NCBI GenBank assembly: GCA_038064195.1
Contig: JBBTTO010000002.1
Coordinates: 205,356-269,355, forward strand
Source of the DNA: Patescibacteria group bacterium
GTDB lineage: Bacteria; Patescibacteriota; Microgenomatia; Levybacterales; UBA12049
Direction: 5' to 3'
DNA length: 64,000 nucleotides
Shown here: positions 59,370 to 64,000 of the stretch, piece after piece
Layout: each line of letters begins with the position of its first letter
Numbering within the stretch: the first letter of the stretch is position 1
Translations under genes and position numbers: made by a program
The notes under the pieces: generated by a model
Database searches by the model: none
What the model was told of the DNA's origin: nothing
What the model saw: the letters and a program-made list of their open reading frames with translations, nothing else

Positions 59370-60152
59370 ATGAAAAAGTATCTTTTTCTTTGGTTTAAAG
59401 TAACGACACAACTCACTCAGATTGCTTTTGCTTCACGTCTGGGAGTGGTGCTTTTTACGCTGGGTAAGATTATCAGATTTGTTTTATTTCTGGTATTTCT
59501 TCTTCTCCTTGTTTCACGAACGAAGTCACTGGCGGGATACGGGCTTTGGCAAGTGATGATGTTTTTTCTTACCTTTAATTTCATTGATATTATCTCTCAA
59601 TTTTTATGGCGTGATGTCTATCGTTTTCGCAGCTATATTGTGTCGGGTAACTTTGACATGATACTTACCAAACCAATCTCACCCCTCCTCCGCTCACTTT
59701 TTGGAGGAAGTGATATCCTCGACCTCATAACACTTTTCCCCTTAACAGGATTTATGATTTATGCAGTCGGGCATCTGGATCATGTGAGTATCACGCAGAT
59801 AGTACTTTATATAGTACTAGTACTTAACGGGCTGATAATTGCGATGTCACTTCATATTCTAGTCCTGGCACTCGGTGTTATTACAACTGAAGTAGATAAT
59901 GCGATATGGCTTTTTCGTGAGTTAACTCAGCTTGGGAGACTGCCTTTACGCATCTATCCGAGGCCTGTGGGGTTGGTTTTTACTTTCATTCTTCCTGTTG
60001 CTGCCCTTATAACTATTCCCACAGAAGCACTTCTCGGGGTGCTTTCAGTTGAGGGGGTAATAATCGCCTTTGTTTTCAGCGGTGGGTTTTTATGGCTGAG
60101 TCTTCGAGCCTGGAGAGGGGCGCTTAAAAGATACGCAAGCGCAAGTAGTTAA
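59370..60152 (+). CDS. ABC-2 family permease (type B, copy 2)
   Basis: GNFDMILTKP, P..IYP, ALKRYASASS. Confidence 0.87.
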   Translation: MKKYLFLWFKVTTQLTQIAFASRLGVVLFTLGKIIRFVLFLVFLLLLVSRTKSLAGYGLWQVMMFFLTFNFIDIISQFLWRDVYRFRSYIVSGNFDMILTKPISPLLRSLFGGSDILDLITLFPLTGFMIYAVGHLDHVSITQIVLYIVLVLNGLIIAMSLHILVLALGVITTEVDNAIWLFRELTQLGRLPLRIYPRPVGLVFTFILPVAALITIPTEALLGVLSVEGVIIAFVFSGGFLWLSLRAWRGALKRYASASS

Positions 60153-60155
60153 TAG

Positions 60156-60510
60156 TACTCGGGAAGGTGGTAAGCCAGATTCTGTTTTAAGTCACAATCT
60201 CTCTCGTAGTGATGCTTTCTATCACTTCGTCTCGCTTTAGGCGAGATGCCTTCGAACTTTGCTACTCCCATATACAGGTAATAACGTAGCGATCGGAAGT
60301 TGCAGCAGGGAGGATTACCCGTTTCAGACCCACTCGTCTCTGTTGTTCTCAAGTCTTGTTGATTCAAGACTCGCTCTAGAAGCCGTATGTGGGAAAGGCT
60401 TCTAAATACTATCTATTACTAGTCGGAGCTTACACTCCGTCCCTGGTATATTGCCTGTCTGGACTTTCCTGTCCGATATATATCGGACTAGTGACCCTTC
60501 TTCCCGAGTA
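60156..60510 (-). ncRNA. rnpB: RNase P RNA
   Basis: Minus strand: AGGAAAGTCC near the 5' end, AACAGAATCTGGCTTA near the 3' end, P1 tactcgggaag/cttcccgagta, TGGTATAAT just upstream. Confidence 0.92.
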
Positions 60511-60540
60511 GGTCTATTATACCACTTCCTTACTATAAGA

Positions 60541-63500
60541 TCAATTGACAGAGGTCCCGCAGATCATGTTATACTCACAATTCTTACAGAATATACTCCC
60601 GCTACAGCGAAAATCACTGTGCTGTATCTCTTCTGCCTTTGTTATTATTTTGTCACGGGCAATCTCGAGTTCCTCTTTTGATCGTGTCGTTGAAAGTTTC
60701 TTGTCTTGTTCAATATAGTAGAGTGTTAAGATAACCTCCTCTGCAGACTGTTTAAAAATCTCATTTTTCACATTAGCTGCAGCTAAAGCATAGAAGGTGA
60801 GTTGAAAATCATCCTTGAGTTTTTTCCCATCGGGGACATTTGCTCCTGTTTTATAATCGATAATTTCCACTCTTCCGTCCGGGAGTCTGTCAATTCTATC
60901 AATTCTTCCCCCGACTTTTAATGTATTGATCCAAAACTGAAAAGGAGTTTCAATCCCAACAGTATCAGGGATTTTTTTGAGAGTATCCCAGGCAAAATTC
61001 AGTAACATCCGATCAGCTTGTGTAAAAGCTTTTTCCTCATGACTCTTACTGACATAGCCTGCTTTCAGCCAATTTTTTTTAAGTATTTCATGCATCAACT
61101 CCGCATTAACATTCGGGTTGGCTTTGATATTTTGGAAGAAATCCCGAAGCGAGCTATGGACGCTGACTCCATAACTTAAAGCAGGTGATGGAGGAGTCGG
61201 GATATTAAGAATGTAGCGCAATTTATAGTGAAGAGGGCAGGTGTCAAAGGTCTGGATTTGCGAATAAGAAATATAGGTGAGGGGAGGAATTGATGGCTCA
61301 ATCTTTTCCTCTTCTTTTTTTTCTTCAACGTGGTTGGTATTGAAGACATCAAGGAGGGATAATTGTTGGCCTGCCTTGGTGAAGTTATGTTTGGTAATAA
61401 TTTTATCGACGTATTCTTGTCCCAGTGCCTCGATTACAAAAGGTGAAAGTTTACGTTCTCTTTTCCCCTCTCCATAAAATTTGGCAGCAGATAGTATCAG
61501 CTTGTCACGAGCACGCGTCATTGCTACGTAAAAGAGCCGGCGTTCTTCCTGTAAGTTGGCGTCACCCGTGGGGAGTTCTTCGCGGATAATATCTTTGGGT
61601 ACGGGGATTTGTTCTTTGCGGTCTCGACTGGGGAAGCGTTGTGTAACAAGATTGACGATAAAAACGACGGGGAATTCCAGCCCCTTACTTGAATGGACTG
61701 TGAGAATATTGACAGCATCCTGAGCCGACCAGTCAATTTCAGCTGCCATCGGACTCTCCCCCAGTTCCATAGACAGCTCGAGCCACTCAACGACAGCAAA
61801 GACAGAGGCATCCGTACGGCTCGTGGTAAATGATTGAAATTTATTAAATAACTTAGCGACATTTTGTGCTTCCCTCTCAGTACGCGGAGTTTTGGGATCT
61901 AGGTAATAGCCTAGGAGTCCTGAATCTTCAAAGAAATAGAAAAGTATCTGTCCGGCTGTCTCAGTAGCGAGAAGACCTAAATGCTTTTTAAGCATTTCTT
62001 CAACTCGTTTTATCTTGATCTGTCCTGGATCTGTCAGTCCTGCTCTTTCTGCCTGCTCGACTGCTTCAAAAAGTGTACAGTTATTTTTCTTTACATAGTT
62101 AAGGAGGCTTGCGATGTCCCTAGATTCAATTGCAAAAATCGGCATAGTCAATACACGATAAAGTGATGCATTGTCATCAAAATTAGCAAGGACTTTCAAA
62201 TAGGCAATGAGATCTTTAATTTCTTCCTGTTCATAGAGATGGCTCGGTCCTAAAAACTGGCTGGGGATCTTCTGTCTTTCAAGAGCACGCTGGAAAGGGA
62301 TTGCATGATCATTAGCCCGGACTAAGATGGCGAAATCGCTATATTTATAATTTTTTCGTCCAGAGGACGATCGGCCTTTGGCCGATGTTTCATCTTTGAT
62401 ATACTTCGCAACCAACTCAGCTTCGTCCTCTGCCCGGTCGCCATACAAAAAATCTATATCATGGTTGGTTTGAGGTATTGAATTACTTAACAGGGATAAA
62501 TCCTCTGGGGATCCTTCAGCTCGCTTTTGCTCGTTCAGGATGGCAGCACTTCTTTGCGCTACCAATTTTTTATCGATACCTTCTTTTGTCTCCAGGCGAT
62601 CAGGATTATTATTTTGGATCATACGATATGCGCTATCAAGAATCAGTTGGGTGGAACGATAGTTTTTGTTAAGGGTTACGACTGTAGCCTTTGGGAAATG
62701 TGAACGAAATTGCAGCATGTTAGCAAGAGCAGCTCCTCGCCAGCGATAAATACTCTGATCATCATCTCCCACGACCGTAATATTTTGCTCTATACCGGCA
62801 AGTAGAATCGCCATCTCATTTTGTGCATAGTTAGTATCCTGGAATTCATCAACAAGTATATATTGAAATTGTTTTTGATATTGTTTGAGAATATTCGGAC
62901 GAGTTCGGAAAAGCTGGAGAACATTACTGATGAGGTCTGAAAAGTCCATCATGCTTTCTTTGGCTTTCATTTTCTCGTATGTTTCAAATGCTTTGGCCAA
63001 TTCAAGGGTCTTTTTAATTTCTTCTTGAGTTATCTCATCACTAGGCTTTAACTTTTTAGCATAGTTGAGGTATTGTTCTGGGTTAATGTCATCGTCTTTT
63101 AGTCGGCTGAAATGATTGAGCATGCCTTGGAGAAATTTCATAGGGTTGCCCATAGGCAGAAAGTACTCAAGTTCGAATTTAAAGAGATTTTTTCGCAGAA
63201 AAATGAGCGCTTCCGTCTCTGTCATCAACGTATAAGAGGGATCAAGGCCGATATGTATGGCCTCCTGCCTGAGAACGCGATCGCAAAAAGCATGGAAGGT
63301 CTCAATCCACAGACTGGAGTATCCGTAAGGAAGGACCTCATCAGTACGTGTCTCCATTTCACTCGCTGCTTTCTCGGTAAAGGTGAGTGCGAGGATCTGA
63401 GAAGGGTTGATCTTTTTCTCAAGTATTAAGTGTTCGATGCGTTTGGTAACAACTGTTGTTTTGCCGGTACCTGCTCCCGCAATTATAAGAAGCGGACCTT

Positions 63501-63555
63501 CGCCATGAGTTACAGCTGTGAGTTGTTCAGGGTTGAGATTTGAAGTATCGGGCAT
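60541..63555 (-). CDS. UvrD-family helicase fused to a PD-(D/E)XK nuclease with an Fe-S-type Cys set (AddA/AdnAB-like)
   Basis: AGAGTGKT, VDEFQD, TVHSSKGLEF, EERRLFYVAMTRA; SYSQ..TF..CP, GRIDRID, IDYKTG, CKNCEYNMIC; start ATG 63555. Confidence 0.92.
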   Translation of the reverse strand: MPDTSNLNPEQLTAVTHGEGPLLIIAGAGTGKTTVVTKRIEHLILEKKINPSQILALTFTEKAASEMETRTDEVLPYGYSSLWIETFHAFCDRVLRQEAIHIGLDPSYTLMTETEALIFLRKNLFKFELEYFLPMGNPMKFLQGMLNHFSRLKDDDINPEQYLNYAKKLKPSDEITQEEIKKTLELAKAFETYEKMKAKESMMDFSDLISNVLQLFRTRPNILKQYQKQFQYILVDEFQDTNYAQNEMAILLAGIEQNITVVGDDDQSIYRWRGAALANMLQFRSHFPKATVVTLNKNYRSTQLILDSAYRMIQNNNPDRLETKEGIDKKLVAQRSAAILNEQKRAEGSPEDLSLLSNSIPQTNHDIDFLYGDRAEDEAELVAKYIKDETSAKGRSSSGRKNYKYSDFAILVRANDHAIPFQRALERQKIPSQFLGPSHLYEQEEIKDLIAYLKVLANFDDNASLYRVLTMPIFAIESRDIASLLNYVKKNNCTLFEAVEQAERAGLTDPGQIKIKRVEEMLKKHLGLLATETAGQILFYFFEDSGLLGYYLDPKTPRTEREAQNVAKLFNKFQSFTTSRTDASVFAVVEWLELSMELGESPMAAEIDWSAQDAVNILTVHSSKGLEFPVVFIVNLVTQRFPSRDRKEQIPVPKDIIREELPTGDANLQEERRLFYVAMTRARDKLILSAAKFYGEGKRERKLSPFVIEALGQEYVDKIITKHNFTKAGQQLSLLDVFNTNHVEEKKEEEKIEPSIPPLTYISYSQIQTFDTCPLHYKLRYILNIPTPPSPALSYGVSVHSSLRDFFQNIKANPNVNAELMHEILKKNWLKAGYVSKSHEEKAFTQADRMLLNFAWDTLKKIPDTVGIETPFQFWINTLKVGGRIDRIDRLPDGRVEIIDYKTGANVPDGKKLKDDFQLTFYALAAANVKNEIFKQSAEEVILTLYYIEQDKKLSTTRSKEELEIARDKIITKAEEIQHSDFRCSGSIFCKNCEYNMICGTSVN
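62356..62385. mobile_element. 30-bp double-hairpin element in frame in the helicase
   Basis: tcgtcc-aga-ggacga-tcggcc-ttt-ggccga = exactly 10 codons (SAKGRSSSGR). Confidence 0.75.
62509..62545. mobile_element. REP-like element in frame in the helicase
   Basis: ggatccttcagctcgcttttgctcgttcaggatggca; part of extra peptide AILNEQKRAEGSPEDLS. Confidence 0.6.
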
Positions 63556-63592
63556 GGGGACTATTTTAACACAAGAAATCATTACATTGCTA

Positions 63593-63635
63593 AACCCGCC
63601 TGCATTTGCCTGAGGAAAGCTCTGGCGGGCAGGTT
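63593..63635. repeat. GC-rich palindromic element nested in an attg-periodic tract
   Basis: aacccgcctgc...tctggcgggcaggtt flanked by attgctaa / ttgttgg attgatga attgttaa. Confidence 0.6.
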
Positions 63636-63684
63636 GTTGGATTGATGAATTGTTAAGAAGTTCTCATTTTGATATTATGCTTGC

Positions 63685-64000
63685 ATGCAAATTCAGCCGA
63701 AAGAGTTTTTTCTTCTCTTTATTAAGAAAGAACAAATTGCCAAGAATACCTACTCATTTTTTTTTGACAGATCCGGTCATCCTTTTGATTTTCTTCCTGG
63801 ACAATATAACAGAGTATTCCTAGAATTATCTCAGAAAGATGAGCGGGGCAATCATCGATCTTTCACCATCTGCTCTGCTCCCCAACAAAAAGGTATACTC
63901 ATGATCACCACAAAAATTGTCGATCAAGCAAGTCCCTTCAAACAAAAATTTAATCTACTTATTCCAGGAGAAAAGGTTCGTTTCTTCGGACCGATGGGGA
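63685..64000 (+). CDS. Ferredoxin-NADP reductase-type FAD-binding oxidoreductase (runs off window edge)
   Basis: Manual translation MQIQPKEF...FDFLPGQY...HRSFTICSAP...SPFKQ...GPMG. Confidence 0.85.
   Translation, partial: MQIQPKEFFLLFIKKEQIAKNTYSFFFDRSGHPFDFLPGQYNRVFLELSQKDERGNHRSFTICSAPQQKGILMITTKIVDQASPFKQKFNLLIPGEKVRFFGPMG

Noticed and set aside
60149-60367. 72-aa ORF, and 60451-60681 ORF
   Set aside because: They overlap the RNase P RNA and the helicase 3' end; no protein motifs

Overview
Core-genome window from a Patescibacteria (CPR) bacterium, most likely Microgenomates. This assignment is inferred from the missing rpmD/L30, the N-terminally short L2, a TM-less RNase Y, scarce Shine-Dalgarno motifs and the gene inventory. 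Contents in order: partial femAB, pcrA, tpiA, an LCP transferase, a pilN-pilO/Ig-surface-protein/GT-C glycosylation cluster, fusA detached from rpsL-rpsG and tuf, a small GC-rich Zn-finger cassette, ddl, two-subunit ATP citrate lyase, PIG-L deacetylase and GH18, tuf plus the S10-spc-alpha-rplM/rpsI supercluster, obgE, hflX, three NUDIX genes, tRNA-Pro(GGG), recA-recX-rny, HU, an ABC ATPase with four permeases, RNase P RNA and a UvrD-PD(D/E)XK helicase-nuclease. No CRISPR array, transposase, integrase or prophage was seen. The most unusual signals are a population of tiny palindromic elements, three inserted in frame inside conserved enzymes (Ddl once, the UvrD-nuclease twice) and others intergenic or nested; long periodic 7-11 nt hairpins just before start codons of core genes; and many apparently leaderless promoters. 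All calls were made by eye without database searches.
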